A stretch of 64,000 nucleotides of DNA. Source: a virus (taxonomy: Duplodnaviria; Caudoviricetes). Made by a program: the position numbers and the translations under genes. Numbering within the stretch: the stretch's first letter is position 1; each line of letters begins with the position of its first letter. The stretch lies in the IMG/VR virus record IMGVR_UViG_2895532408_000002, positions 11,952 to 75,951 of that record; one strand, written 5' to 3'. Of this stretch, positions 18,359 through 28,343 are shown piece by piece. The notes below the pieces were generated by a model, which worked only from the letters and a program-made list of their open reading frames with translations, made no database searches and had not been told where the DNA came from.

Positions 18359-18976
18359 CTACGCCTCATACCGCACGATTTTCGTGAAAACCTTACAAGT
18401 GCTAAACGTGTCACTAGGTAACGTCTCGATTTCCTCATAACTGGGGTGGTCGAACGAATTTGGTACCACAGCAATAAGGACCCCTGTGAAGCGGAGTAAC
18501 TTGCGTGCGGCCTCCATATGCGCTTTTACCTGTTTGAACGGTGGGTTCATTATGATTTTTTCATAACGATACCCTGCGTTGTAACGGGCCTCAGCCCAGC
18601 TAAGAAAATCTTCGTGGTGCACTAAAGGCACTACACCATCACAATCCTCGCTACAAAACCGCTGCAGTAAGGCTTGAACTAACGAATACTCACGCTCGAC
18701 AATAGTTATATCGTCGGCTTGGTGACCCACCGCTTTAACAGCCTGAACCAAATTACCGGTTCCCCCTGAAGGTTCTAGAACCTTATCGTCGGATTCCAAC
18801 TCCAACAGCTCGACCATACGCTCAGCTATCGCCGGAGGCGTAACGTGGCATTCCGTTGAGGCATGAACCACAACAGGTTTTGGGGCCTCGGAGAACTCGA
18901 TAGGTTCGAGTTCTACTTTTTCCGGTGCGGTAACATGCTTTGGTTTATTGGGTCTTACGTAAACAGATGAATCCAT
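18359..18976 (-). CDS. SAM-dependent DNA methyltransferase (NPPF type)
   Basis: VTPPAIAERM, VLEPSGGTG, IIMNPPF. Confidence 0.85.
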   Translation of the reverse strand: MDSSVYVRPNKPKHVTAPEKVELEPIEFSEAPKPVVVHASTECHVTPPAIAERMVELLELESDDKVLEPSGGTGNLVQAVKAVGHQADDITIVEREYSLVQALLQRFCSEDCDGVVPLVHHEDFLSWAEARYNAGYRYEKIIMNPPFKQVKAHMEAARKLLRFTGVLIAVVPNSFDHPSYEEIETLPSDTFSTCKVFTKIVRYEA

Positions 18977-20361
18977 TAGGCTGTCTCCACTTCCACATAC
19001 TCAAGAGCGGTTGAATTTGGCGCGGCGTGCGTCTTCGAGTCCGTTAGGTAAACTGCAGACCATTCGCCTTTCCAGTAGTCCTGTCCTTCAGGAACAATAC
19101 GGCAAACCTTTACTCTGAACTGACCACATGAGCTCGGCTTCACGCCTCGCTGTTCACTATGGGTAGCTGAGTAATCCGCTTTCGTCATTGAGACGATAGA
19201 GTACTTGTTTACGTTGCCCCACATTTTCACCGTCACGCTTTTTACTTCTTCTGGTGATAGGTTAAGAATCGGTGGAGCCTTAGGCTTAGGTACCGGTACT
19301 TCATAGCCCACATCCATCATTAAGTCGCGCCATGCCATTTCTTCAAGTTCAAGGGTTGAGCCGGTACCAATGTGGATAGGTAGGTCGTTGTCACACTCCA
19401 CAATCCAGCCAAAGTCCGACTTAGTAGCTTTCGGTTTATCCGCGCCGTGTGTTCTAAGGAACGTCTGCAATAATGGAGCGGTAATCTTCCCCGTGTAGTA
19501 CTCGACTTCCCCCAATTGAGCACGTTCGTAAGTAAGACGATTCAAGATATGGTTTATCTTGCGGTGTAAGTTTTGGTCGTTCTTACGTTTGGTACCTAAC
19601 TCAATATTGGCGTCGATAATTTCCAATAAAGGTTTCTTATCTTCTTTAATGTCGCGGTAACTATCTGAAATGCAGATATCCCAACGGTAATTCGCAATCA
19701 TCAAAGCAAAGGCCTTTTGCTTCTCGGCGTCCTCCATACCTTTACAGCGTTCCCAAAGAGATAAACAATCGCCAGCGGCGTGCAAATAACGCTGTTGCTT
19801 ACGTAAATCCGTAAGTAGCGTTTTAATGCGACGGTAGATAACGTCAGGGCGATTTTTGTGGTTAGCGTGAGCAATGGTACCCATCATGCGCCAGTTCCAA
19901 TAGCGAACCGCTGAGCTGGCTTCCTTGGCGCGTTCTTCGTTTCGCTCTTGCGCTTCTTGCGCTTTTTGCATTTTACGCTGACTGTGATGGCCCATGAGAA
20001 TAGGTTGATCACCAAACTCCATACTGTTCGCAGCGGCACTAAAACCTCGTGCTTGGTCAGCACGCTTTTCAGCAAGGGCTCTTAGACGCTCAGCCTTCAC
20101 TTCTGCACGTTCGGCCATCGTCGTGTCTTCAGGTTCAATCGTACCGGCCAAGCGAATACATAAATCTTCCGCTTCAGGGGACCAAGAGGGTTTAACGAAG
20201 AGTTCTTGTTTTGGCGCCCAACCAAAGCCCAGTTCCTTAAGCTCGTTATAAAGGTCGGTGTCTAAGCGGCAGAGCGGATAAATACGCAACTTGTTATCTT
20301 CAGGTGAGTAAGTGGCGCGTTCGATATCTTCGTGTTTTGTAGCAATAGTTTGATTAGTCAT
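18976..20361 (-). CDS. DUF3560-domain protein (plasmid/ICE type)
   Basis: ATYSPEDNKLRIY, WAPKQELFV, GDQPILMGHHS. Confidence 0.8.
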   Translation of the reverse strand: MTNQTIATKHEDIERATYSPEDNKLRIYPLCRLDTDLYNELKELGFGWAPKQELFVKPSWSPEAEDLCIRLAGTIEPEDTTMAERAEVKAERLRALAEKRADQARGFSAAANSMEFGDQPILMGHHSQRKMQKAQEAQERNEERAKEASSAVRYWNWRMMGTIAHANHKNRPDVIYRRIKTLLTDLRKQQRYLHAAGDCLSLWERCKGMEDAEKQKAFALMIANYRWDICISDSYRDIKEDKKPLLEIIDANIELGTKRKNDQNLHRKINHILNRLTYERAQLGEVEYYTGKITAPLLQTFLRTHGADKPKATKSDFGWIVECDNDLPIHIGTGSTLELEEMAWRDLMMDVGYEVPVPKPKAPPILNLSPEEVKSVTVKMWGNVNKYSIVSMTKADYSATHSEQRGVKPSSCGQFRVKVCRIVPEGQDYWKGEWSAVYLTDSKTHAAPNSTALEYVEVETA

Positions 20362-20430
20362 AATCGTCAATTTCCAAATTGTAAAAGTTAATTGAAGGGG
20401 GAGAACATTCCCCCTAGCGTTGGTTAGAGT

Positions 20431-20646
20431 TTAAAGGTTTTTGAAATACTCCGATTGCTCTATCAAAACGTTAAGTTTTTTCTGGTCTTCAAAGTTTGGC
20501 AAGTCTACAGGGCAACCATCACAGTCTATCAATCTGAACTTGCCGTTCTTTTTGCTTAAGCCCCAAGACACTTTATCAATGTCAAACCAATCAATGGTAT
20601 CGTCGTCTTGAGTGTAATGTTGCGTTTCAATATGTTTCACTTCCAT
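20431..20646 (-). CDS. Hypothetical protein flanked by repeated hairpin elements
   Basis: ORF track. Confidence 0.7.
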   Translation of the reverse strand: MEVKHIETQHYTQDDDTIDWFDIDKVSWGLSKKNGKFRLIDCDGCPVDLPNFEDQKKLNVLIEQSEYFKNL

Positions 20647-20697
20647 ACGAGTTCCTTTTGTAAAAGTTAATTGAAAGGGGAGAACATTCCCCCCTAG

Positions 20698-21849
20698 TTA
20701 AACGGCTGCAGCAATCGCTTTTGCTTCAGCCAGGACCTTTTCTTCTTCCGCGAGTTCTTCTTCAGATAACTCGATCCCCGCGTCTTTAGCCATTTGATAG
20801 TACGTCATTCTCACCGCAACCGCATTACTCTTCATTTTGTAGTCATGAGATACGCAGCGATGTTCCCACTTGCCGTTGTCTTTGTCGAAGTAGTGCCAGT
20901 TTTTCTCGTTACTCGGGCTACTTTCTTCTAAGAAGTTACTTAGCACTTCAGGGCCAATTTCAAGTTCTTCCGCTTTTCGAAAGAGCAGGGCCAAAGCCTT
21001 CAGTGTCACTGTGAAAGGAAGAATATAAAATTGTCTCGTGAACTGCGCCGACGGGTGTATATATTCCTTACAAACGTGAGGGTGTGACGTATACAACTGC
21101 CGTAGTTTTTGACTGATAAACATTTTGTCTAAGAAGACTTTTAAATATTCCGCCATGCGCTCCGGTGAGTTGTCTTTACCACAAAATAGCTTGGCAAACT
21201 CATTGAGCTGTTTTAATGCCCAGAATTTCTCTGAGTCCCCCGTACAACTGTTCTTCTCATACTCAACCACCGCACGAATATCCGAAGCCTGTACCGTATC
21301 CATCAATGTCGACGCTATCGGGTCCGCGTTGTTGTATGCAATGCGGATAGAGTCAACCGGTACCTTTTGCATCGAGTTAATATCATGGAATGCCTGTTGT
21401 CTTTCCGATAAATCCAGCATCGGGAAAAGCATAATTGATACTTGGCTGTTTTGAAGCATCGGATACTCTTGCAAAGCAAGCTGAACCCCTTTGGCTCGGT
21501 GCTGGCCATCAAACAAAAGCATTTGAGCATCTAGGTCCACACGCAGATGGCCTATATTTCTATACTGATCCATTTGCACTTCAACGAAGTCAAAGTCTCC
21601 CTCCAACGAGCCCACTAAAGGTGGAACGACAAACATCGTATCGTTTTTATGGTTCTCGATTAGGTACTTTGCGAACTTCTTAGCACGCGGGACATTTACT
21701 AACCGTTGGCTACGTTTCGTAATATCCCAGTGGTCATCTAGTTTCAAAAGCGAACTCAACTGGCGCAAAGGAATTAGCACTTGGTAAAAAGGTCTTGAAC
21801 CTTGCACGCCTCGAGAGGCCAGGAGTTTGTATTCAATTTTATCCATCAT
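20698..21849 (-). CDS. dndB: DndB / DGQHR-domain protein
   Basis: SQRLVNVPRAKKFAKYL, VVPPLVGS, LFDGQHR, QQAFHDIN. Confidence 0.8.
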   Translation of the reverse strand: MMDKIEYKLLASRGVQGSRPFYQVLIPLRQLSSLLKLDDHWDITKRSQRLVNVPRAKKFAKYLIENHKNDTMFVVPPLVGSLEGDFDFVEVQMDQYRNIGHLRVDLDAQMLLFDGQHRAKGVQLALQEYPMLQNSQVSIMLFPMLDLSERQQAFHDINSMQKVPVDSIRIAYNNADPIASTLMDTVQASDIRAVVEYEKNSCTGDSEKFWALKQLNEFAKLFCGKDNSPERMAEYLKVFLDKMFISQKLRQLYTSHPHVCKEYIHPSAQFTRQFYILPFTVTLKALALLFRKAEELEIGPEVLSNFLEESSPSNEKNWHYFDKDNGKWEHRCVSHDYKMKSNAVAVRMTYYQMAKDAGIELSEEELAEEEKVLAEAKAIAAAV

Positions 21850-21852
21850 AAT

Positions 21853-22080
21853 TTAGTTCTCGTCTATAAAGTCGTCAGGGTCAGCGGTAATTTTCAAGTG
21901 AACTTGAACGCGCTTACCTTTGTGTTCAATCGTGGAGAGCCAAACTTCAACGTCGGTACCCGTTTCATCAATGTAGTCTTGGGTCAACTCTCCGATCATT
22001 TGGTTGAAGTGAGAAGATTCCTCACAGATGATTTGCCCCAGAGTCACATCATAACCAGGGTTTTCGCAATGGTTCTTCAT
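21853..22080 (-). CDS. Hypothetical protein
   Basis: ORF track. Confidence 0.65.
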   Translation of the reverse strand: MKNHCENPGYDVTLGQIICEESSHFNQMIGELTQDYIDETGTDVEVWLSTIEHKGKRVQVHLKITADPDDFIDEN

Positions 22081-22880
22081 GCGGCCACCTGTTTAGTTCG
22101 GCCATACGTTTTATGGCGTAGTTCTCGATAACCGTGACTGCTCAAGATATTTCTAGTCTCGGAAGTGATAGACCACGTAGAACAGAACTCAGTGCGTAGC
22201 CCGATACCTTGATAGTCTTTGCGCTGACCCGCCGTATTTATCATTCGGTCAACAACCAATAAGTCGTGGGGATATCCCTTCACGAACCATTCGATTTTAT
22301 TGCCGAACTCGGTTAATACGTCTTCAAAAAACACCATACCCGTGTCGTAGGCCAGCGTGTCTTTGGCAATAACGAAACTATATAGCGCGGCAAGAAAGAT
22401 ATCGGCATTAGCAATATCGCCACCCCAACGCCAGTCATGGTCTGGATGCGTCGGCGCTCGAGACTGACTTAGAATTATTCGGTGAGGTTGTGCACTTAAC
22501 ATCAAGTCAGTTAAAGCTTTCGATAAACTCACACCGCGAGGGACAATAAATTTCTTACTGCTTTGGTGTAGCTTTACACGCCACTTGTGAGCCGTGCGAT
22601 TGCCTAAGTTGATAAGTTTTTCACTCATCATTTGTAACTTTTCTTCCCAGCTCAAAACTGAATACTGCTCGGAATACACACTTACCGCTTGCTTAAGATG
22701 AAAATCAAATAACTGGCGTAACTTGTCGTGAAGGTCTTCAACGGTACCGGTACCATCTGAGCCAAATCGAGAGGTGTTATCTTCTAAGAACTTTACGAAG
22801 CGTGGTTGTGTAATCGCGTCAGCAATTACAAATAGCATCGTGGCCGTAGCCTGTTTATTGATACGTTTAACATCAGTCAT
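22077..22880 (-). CDS. Hypothetical protein
   Basis: ORF track; conserved start motif. Confidence 0.75.
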   Translation of the reverse strand: MTDVKRINKQATATMLFVIADAITQPRFVKFLEDNTSRFGSDGTGTVEDLHDKLRQLFDFHLKQAVSVYSEQYSVLSWEEKLQMMSEKLINLGNRTAHKWRVKLHQSSKKFIVPRGVSLSKALTDLMLSAQPHRIILSQSRAPTHPDHDWRWGGDIANADIFLAALYSFVIAKDTLAYDTGMVFFEDVLTEFGNKIEWFVKGYPHDLLVVDRMINTAGQRKDYQGIGLRTEFCSTWSITSETRNILSSHGYRELRHKTYGRTKQVAA

Positions 22881-22939
22881 GATCGTCAATTTCCAATTTT
22901 AAAAGTTAATTAAGAGGGGGGAATATTCTCCCCCGAGCG

Positions 22940-23218
22940 TTACGACTTTTCAGGTCGTTCGAACTTCTCACCACAATAGCAGCAATGGCTTGCTATTATC
23001 GTTATTGAATCTTTCTTAAGATTCTTTTGCGGGGTACCGTCTCGCTTCATAGGCCGATACTCGTAGTCAATTTTAGGACTGGTTGGAGCATACTGACCTT
23101 CCGCAAGCATATAAGCTCGGCCCTGCCACTCGGCTTTAAAGTCTTCCACGTTGTCCGGCAATTGCGCTTTAATATGCTCGGTTACTTTTTCCATCGTTTC
23201 TTCAAAACAATTACACAT
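22940..23218 (-). CDS. Small Cys-rich protein (CNC...CCYCG)
   Basis: ORF track; conserved start motif. Confidence 0.75.
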   Translation of the reverse strand: MCNCFEETMEKVTEHIKAQLPDNVEDFKAEWQGRAYMLAEGQYAPTSPKIDYEYRPMKRDGTPQKNLKKDSITIIASHCCYCGEKFERPEKS

Positions 23219-23229
23219 CGTCAATTTCC

Positions 23230-23472
23230 TTAGCTTGCAGCCCGTATCGGGCTATGGGGGGTTACTTCATACCAATCGTAGAGCTTCATAGTCTCTCGAC
23301 TATAATCTCGCTCCCACGTTCGGCCATTTGCATCTACTAAACAGTAAGGCACTTTACGTCGCTCACACATGCTGTCGGCGTGCTCTTTTGCCTTATCCGG
23401 ACTCGGAGCAAAGAACTCTTGAGTCCGTCGCTGATGTGTGAACCTGTCGTGATACACCAGTTCGTACTTCAC
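23230..23472 (-). CDS. Hypothetical protein
   Basis: ORF track. Confidence 0.65.
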   Translation of the reverse strand: MKYELVYHDRFTHQRRTQEFFAPSPDKAKEHADSMCERRKVPYCLVDANGRTWERDYSRETMKLYDWYEVTPHSPIRAAS

Positions 23473-24372
23473 TTAAGCCACCTTGTCTAATTTTTTACTT
23501 TGTTGAAAATAGCGGTACAACTCGCCGCCTACCCATTCACCTTTCGGCACTGACACACCATTACCAATCTGGCGATATGCTGACGTAGCCGATACTGGGA
23601 ACGTAAACCAGTCTGGTACTCCCTGCAGCCTCGCATACTCACGCACCGAGTAAGGACGAACACCCATTGGGAATCGCTTGTCAGCAACCAAGCGCGTCGA
23701 TTTGTCCTTGGCATAGTGAGCGACACACGTTGGCGCTAAATCCCCTTTGCTCGGGTCGCTGATTATTGGGAGGTCGCGGTACTTACCCGTCATTCTCGCT
23801 TTAATAGCACTAGGCAACGTTACTTCTGGGTCATGCTCGACAATCTCAGCCAGCGTCACCGGACGACAGTTCTTAGGGGGGCGAATTTCAAATGGTCTGC
23901 GGGTACCAAAAATAATCAGACGATCTCTTCGCTGGGGTAACCAATGCTGGGATTGCACCGGGCAAAAAACGTGAACATAGTAATCCGGCAACTTTGTCAT
24001 AGCCTCCATTACTAGCGGGAACGCTCTCATTCCTGGCACATTTTCAACCACGTAAGCATCGGGCTTGCGAATGGCCAAGTGACGCAAAGCATGAAGGAAT
24101 AAATCGTCACCCGTTCTTACACCATGAATATCACCTATCGTGGAATATTTGGTGCAAGGGTAGGTGAAGATCATGGCATCACATTCTTCTTGGTTTAACA
24201 CCAGCTCTTCGGTCAAGTCGCATTGTTTGATATGGTGGCCAATATTCTCGCGATACGTCTTAACAGCATCGTTATCAATTTCAAAAGCTTGGTTTATTGT
24301 TAAACCCGCGTTTATTAGCCCAATATCCATAAGGCCGGCACCACAAAAATAACTGTTTACATTTATTTGCAT
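23473..24372 (-). CDS. C5-cytosine DNA methyltransferase
   Basis: FCGAG, catalytic YPC, ENV, QRRDR, REYARLQG, QIGNGV. Confidence 0.92.
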   Translation of the reverse strand: MQINVNSYFCGAGLMDIGLINAGLTINQAFEIDNDAVKTYRENIGHHIKQCDLTEELVLNQEECDAMIFTYPCTKYSTIGDIHGVRTGDDLFLHALRHLAIRKPDAYVVENVPGMRAFPLVMEAMTKLPDYYVHVFCPVQSQHWLPQRRDRLIIFGTRRPFEIRPPKNCRPVTLAEIVEHDPEVTLPSAIKARMTGKYRDLPIISDPSKGDLAPTCVAHYAKDKSTRLVADKRFPMGVRPYSVREYARLQGVPDWFTFPVSATSAYRQIGNGVSVPKGEWVGGELYRYFQQSKKLDKVA

Positions 24373-24402
24373 CGTCAATTTCCAAATTTAAGAGTTAATT
24401 GT

Positions 24403-24948
24403 TTAACTACCGTCGCGATTCCTACGGCGCTTTCTCTCTTCGTACATATACTTCTTGGCTTGGGTGTCGCAGAACTCATTTACCGCTGAGCGTTTATTAC
24501 CATACCCGCTATGGCCTTTAACCCACTTCCACTTTATGTACTTCAGTTTCAAGTGTTTTAAGTTCTCCGTCATAACTGGCTTTAGTTTTCTGATTGCTCC
24601 TTGGCAATCCGACTGGATTACTAAAACTTTCCCCTCCCAGCTAAAACCTGTGTTAAAGGATTTATTGCGTTGAGCGTGAGTTAAGGTGTGGATAACAGCA
24701 CAAATCTCAGCTTCTTCGGCGTTATTACATTGGTCGAGAATCCCACCTACACGAAAGGTTCTTGGCGGGAATCCCGCTTTTACCCAACCACCAAAACCCC
24801 CCGCTTTTGTTTTTGGGCAGAAACTAGCATCACAGAACAATGTGATAAACAAGTCTCGGTTATCAGGCTCAGCCTCAGGGTGCGAAACAATCGGTTCGCT
24901 GCTTGTTACGTCCCAAGGTGGAGCGTCAGGATCAAAGTCTTTGAACAT
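24403..24948 (-). CDS. RNase HI-like protein
   Basis: FCDAS, NAEEAE, IQSDC, WVKGH, NEFCD. Confidence 0.85.
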   Translation of the reverse strand: MFKDFDPDAPPWDVTSSEPIVSHPEAEPDNRDLFITLFCDASFCPKTKAGGFGGWVKAGFPPRTFRVGGILDQCNNAEEAEICAVIHTLTHAQRNKSFNTGFSWEGKVLVIQSDCQGAIRKLKPVMTENLKHLKLKYIKWKWVKGHSGYGNKRSAVNEFCDTQAKKYMYEERKRRRNRDGS

Positions 24949-24954
24949 AACTAA

Positions 24955-25881
24955 TTACTCGTGTCTAAATAAATCAGAACCCGACTTAACCGGTGCCTTA
25001 TGGCTGGCACGGTGCTCAAGACTTGGGGCCGGTTCAATCGGCTCAAGTGACATTACCTCGGCCAGCGTATCGCTATTTTCTCGAAGCCAATCCAAAAGAA
25101 CCTCCCGTTTTCGAGCATCCGTTTGGGCTTTTGTTACACTCGGCGGCATTAAGAGAGGTAAATCATCTACGTTAAGCTTTTCTAATACGTTATTCGCTCT
25201 AGCTATACTCATAACGTGTCCGAGTGAGTTTGCTATGGCCCCCTCGCTATCATCATCTAATGGACCAACATTGAATTGTGGGGTAACTCGGTATTCACCA
25301 TCAGGTATTAACCAACGGAACTCATCCCAAATTTCGAGAAACTGCTCGTCTAACTTAGCGACACGCTCATCTGTAGTTAAAGCTCTGGCCGGTTGAGACC
25401 CCGCACGATTAGTATATTGCTTTGGTTCAGGCTTACGTTTGAGAAAACCCGTACCCTTACCATTAATCACAAATATCTCGCTACGTACCATTGATAGAAT
25501 ATCTGAATAAGATTGAGCAAAATCATAACCACTAAAGGCTACAGGTTCAGAGCCCCCGTGTGTTAGGTGGGCATGATAAATGTAGTAACCCATTGTGATA
25601 TCCGCCTCGTTGGTGAATGCTGTTAATATTGCATTCGCGGTCTCGGGGCACATTAACGGGATAGTGGTAGAGAGACTATTCTGGGTTACTTCTTCAACCG
25701 CGATAAGTGTTTCGTAAGTGTTACTTGAAGCGGGTTTCTTCATTTCAACTAACTTATTGTGAACTTGCTTTTCTTCGTAATCCGTCAAGTTACTCAGCGC
25801 TTCGCCAAGTTTCTCTTTGTTCCAAACAATCATTCGTGCCTCTACTACGACACCGTTACCTAATTTAAAACCTTTTTTCAT
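24955..25881 (-). CDS. Hypothetical protein
   Basis: ORF track; conserved start motif. Confidence 0.75.
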   Translation of the reverse strand: MKKGFKLGNGVVVEARMIVWNKEKLGEALSNLTDYEEKQVHNKLVEMKKPASSNTYETLIAVEEVTQNSLSTTIPLMCPETANAILTAFTNEADITMGYYIYHAHLTHGGSEPVAFSGYDFAQSYSDILSMVRSEIFVINGKGTGFLKRKPEPKQYTNRAGSQPARALTTDERVAKLDEQFLEIWDEFRWLIPDGEYRVTPQFNVGPLDDDSEGAIANSLGHVMSIARANNVLEKLNVDDLPLLMPPSVTKAQTDARKREVLLDWLRENSDTLAEVMSLEPIEPAPSLEHRASHKAPVKSGSDLFRHE

Positions 25882-25925
25882 CGTCAATTTCCTAAGTTAA
25901 TTCCAAAGGGGGAGAACATTCCCCC

Positions 25926-26114
25926 CTAAATCACGCTAATTATTACTGCTTCACGGTTAAAACATTCCGAGCAGATATTCTTGCTCGAACCCATTAACTC
26001 AAGTTCCATTTCTATTGCACGGCGTCTCGAGTCACTTATCTTTGACTGGCACTTTGAACAGTGCGCGTCAGCCTTTGCAGGGGTGAGGTTTTGAAAGTTA
26101 GGGATACTACTCAC
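25926..26114 (-). CDS. Small zinc-finger protein (CSKC...CSEC), DksA/TraR C4-like
   Basis: CxxC-ISDSRRRA-CxxC; AAGGAG RBS. Confidence 0.6.
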   Translation of the reverse strand: MSSIPNFQNLTPAKADAHCSKCQSKISDSRRRAIEMELELMGSSKNICSECFNREAVIISVI

Positions 26115-26138
26115 CGTGTTTTCTCCTTATCGTCAATT

Positions 26139-26399
26139 TTAATCGTTAGGTTCTAGGTCTAAATACAACTGCCAGCGGAAACCGGCCGACGTTACAAAAA
26201 ATAGTAACTGGCCTGTTTGGTCGCAGTATTCTTTTCTACACGTTTCCTCAAAGGAATCGCACTGAATAAATGTCTTGTCGAACTCAGTAATAGCTTCAAC
26301 GCGACCATGAAATATCTTCGGAGGCCAGAAACTAAATTCCTCGCTCTCCGGCTTACGACACACGATCATGTGGACGTTTTTATTCTTCTTCTTTGGCAT
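26139..26399 (-). CDS. Hypothetical protein
   Basis: Likely start MPKKKNK. Confidence 0.65.
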   Translation of the reverse strand: MPKKKNKNVHMIVCRKPESEEFSFWPPKIFHGRVEAITEFDKTFIQCDSFEETCRKEYCDQTGQLLFFVTSAGFRWQLYLDLEPND

Positions 26400-27276
26400 C
26401 TTCAAAGTCCTCCAAACGTTCGTTCCAGTCTTCTTGATACAGCGAGAAGAAAATAGCTTGTAGTGCGGTATCATCCGCCAAGCAAACGGCTTTACCCGCA
26501 CCCCCACAATCAGCATCTAGCGCTCGACTCAATTCATCGGCACAAGTGATAGTGAGAACCGGCACTTGGTTTTCCGCTTCAGGATCATCAGGGTCAACCC
26601 ACTCAAGGTTTTCCATGATGTAGTCGTGAATGCTGTACTTACCTTCTACGAATTCCATCCAGCCCCATTCTTCATCCGCTAGAATATAGCGGATGGGCAT
26701 ACCTGAACTGACTCTTTCGGGGATGTTGTAGAATGCAATATCTTTATCCGCCAAAATCTCTTCGGAGGTGTAACGGTGTGGGTGTGGCTGTTTTCTTTCT
26801 TCCACCCCCAAAAGACCATCTAATAACAACGCCAGCACATGCTTCATAAACTCCAACGCTTCAGACGCGGTAGGTGTTTCGGTTCGTAGATGCGTGAATC
26901 GTTGGGACTCCTGAGGTAGATACTTTTCCGCCGCATCCCTTCTTAGGTATTGGGACCCCGCAACAATCGCATCCGCAACCTTACCTATTTCATGGTGTAA
27001 AGCCCAAAAAACTTGCTCGGCAGCTATTTGGCTTCGAAAATCCTCAGTATCAATATCTAGGAACTTCTGAATTTCTGGTGTTACGGCCCCATAGCCAGCA
27101 ACACAAGCCGGAGTACCACAGGTGTGAATATCTTTCGCTTCATTAGCCACCATTTCACTGCCAAAATAAGAAATCATTTCCAAAGGCAACTCCGCCTCAA
27201 CCACTTTCTCCATCGTTGTGATTAACATGCGGAGTAGGGGGAACCGAGGGTTTACTTTTGGTGGTTGGTTATTCAT
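26380..27276 (-). CDS. HTCGT-x-AC-motif protein with C-terminal extension
   Basis: Start MNNQPP after motif; paralog of 28336-28818. Confidence 0.75.
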   Translation of the reverse strand: MNNQPPKVNPRFPLLRMLITTMEKVVEAELPLEMISYFGSEMVANEAKDIHTCGTPACVAGYGAVTPEIQKFLDIDTEDFRSQIAAEQVFWALHHEIGKVADAIVAGSQYLRRDAAEKYLPQESQRFTHLRTETPTASEALEFMKHVLALLLDGLLGVEERKQPHPHRYTSEEILADKDIAFYNIPERVSSGMPIRYILADEEWGWMEFVEGKYSIHDYIMENLEWVDPDDPEAENQVPVLTITCADELSRALDADCGGAGKAVCLADDTALQAIFFSLYQEDWNERLEDFEDAKEEE

Positions 27277-27490
27277 CGTCAATTTCCTCAGCAATTTTTC
27301 CCGCTTCCAGTAACTTGCGGTACTTAAGTACGTTCTCGGGGGAATAGTCCATAAGACCAAAGGACTTTTTACCCGTTTCTAAACAAAGCGCAGGGCCGTA
27401 AACATTTAGGTTTATCGACTCAAGGTAAGTGATAACTTCAATAAGCGTCTTGTTTCTGGGACGCTTTATCTTCGAGGTGTCTTCACTCAT
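27269..27490 (-). CDS. Hypothetical protein
   Basis: ORF track. Confidence 0.65.
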   Translation of the reverse strand: MSEDTSKIKRPRNKTLIEVITYLESINLNVYGPALCLETGKKSFGLMDYSPENVLKYRKLLEAGKIAEEIDDE

Positions 27491-27975
27491 TACTCTTCCC
27501 CTTCAGGTAAGGTTGCAAGGTAGGCCAAAACATCGTCTTGTAGAGCGAGAACGTTACGTATCTTCTGCTCGTTCGCTTCGATAAAGCCGGTTAAGTCGTT
27601 GGGTGTCTCCCCGCCAAAGTCCACGCGGCCATCACCCATACGGTCCTCGATGTTCAGTTGCTTGCAGTAGCGTTCGGCTTGCTCGTAGGTGGTGCAGTCT
27701 GGAACGTGGGTTTGATCTTCCGTACAGACGTCAAACAGCACGCGAGGTTTGATAAAGAAGGGGCCTTCATCACATTCGATTTTGTGATCTTTAACTTCAC
27801 CATGCACCACACCTGAGAATAACTGCTCACTTTCGTAGATTCGCTGGCACTCTTGCTTTAGGGCATTTATCGTTTGCCTAGCGTCCTCTAGTTTCTTTTG
27901 CAACGACTCTATAACGTCCACTAGTTCGTCATTACGGAAGTTTTTCAAATAGTTATTTCTGTCAATTTCACTCAT
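27490..27975 (-). CDS. Hypothetical protein
   Basis: Start MSEIDRN after motif. Confidence 0.7.
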   Translation of the reverse strand: MSEIDRNNYLKNFRNDELVDVIESLQKKLEDARQTINALKQECQRIYESEQLFSGVVHGEVKDHKIECDEGPFFIKPRVLFDVCTEDQTHVPDCTTYEQAERYCKQLNIEDRMGDGRVDFGGETPNDLTGFIEANEQKIRNVLALQDDVLAYLATLPEGEE

Positions 27976-28123
27976 CGTCAATTTCCTTAAAGTCACAATA
28001 AATTGGCCCTTCATCAGGAGCCATAAAGTCAATTTCTGGGTCGGTAGCAAACTCACAATGCTCAACCGATTTATACCCGTCACCTAGCATGGTGCCACCA
28101 CACTTTTTGCACACTTGGCGCAT
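27968..28123 (-). CDS. 51-aa Cys-rich protein MRQVCKKCGGTMLGDGY...KEIDDE
   Basis: Hand-translated; begins at GGAGATTGACGATG. Confidence 0.75.
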   Translation of the reverse strand: MRQVCKKCGGTMLGDGYKSVEHCEFATDPEIDFMAPDEGPIYCDFKEIDDE

Positions 28124-28163
28124 CGTCAATCTCCAAAAGAGGGGGGGAATGTTCCCACCCTAG

Positions 28164-28343
28164 TTATCTAAAAAAGCTCACGTTCTGACAAAACGCATTT
28201 ACCATTTTTAGGGTCTTGTCTGTGGCTACACTTTCTAACACTCGAATAGCGGCAATTACCCCACGCTTGCTGTCTTCAAATCGCAAGATATGAAGTATCT
28301 TTCCCGTATCCAGCTCCGAGATAACCCACATCGCCTCATTCAT
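28164..28343 (-). CDS. Hypothetical protein
   Basis: ORF track, start MNEAM. Confidence 0.55.
   Translation of the reverse strand: MNEAMWVISELDTGKILHILRFEDSKRGVIAAIRVLESVATDKTLKMVNAFCQNVSFFR

Noticed and set aside
24686-25396. 236-aa plus-strand ORF and other antisense ORFs in the track
   Set aside because: Shadow frames of well-supported opposite-strand genes, without RBS or recognisable motifs
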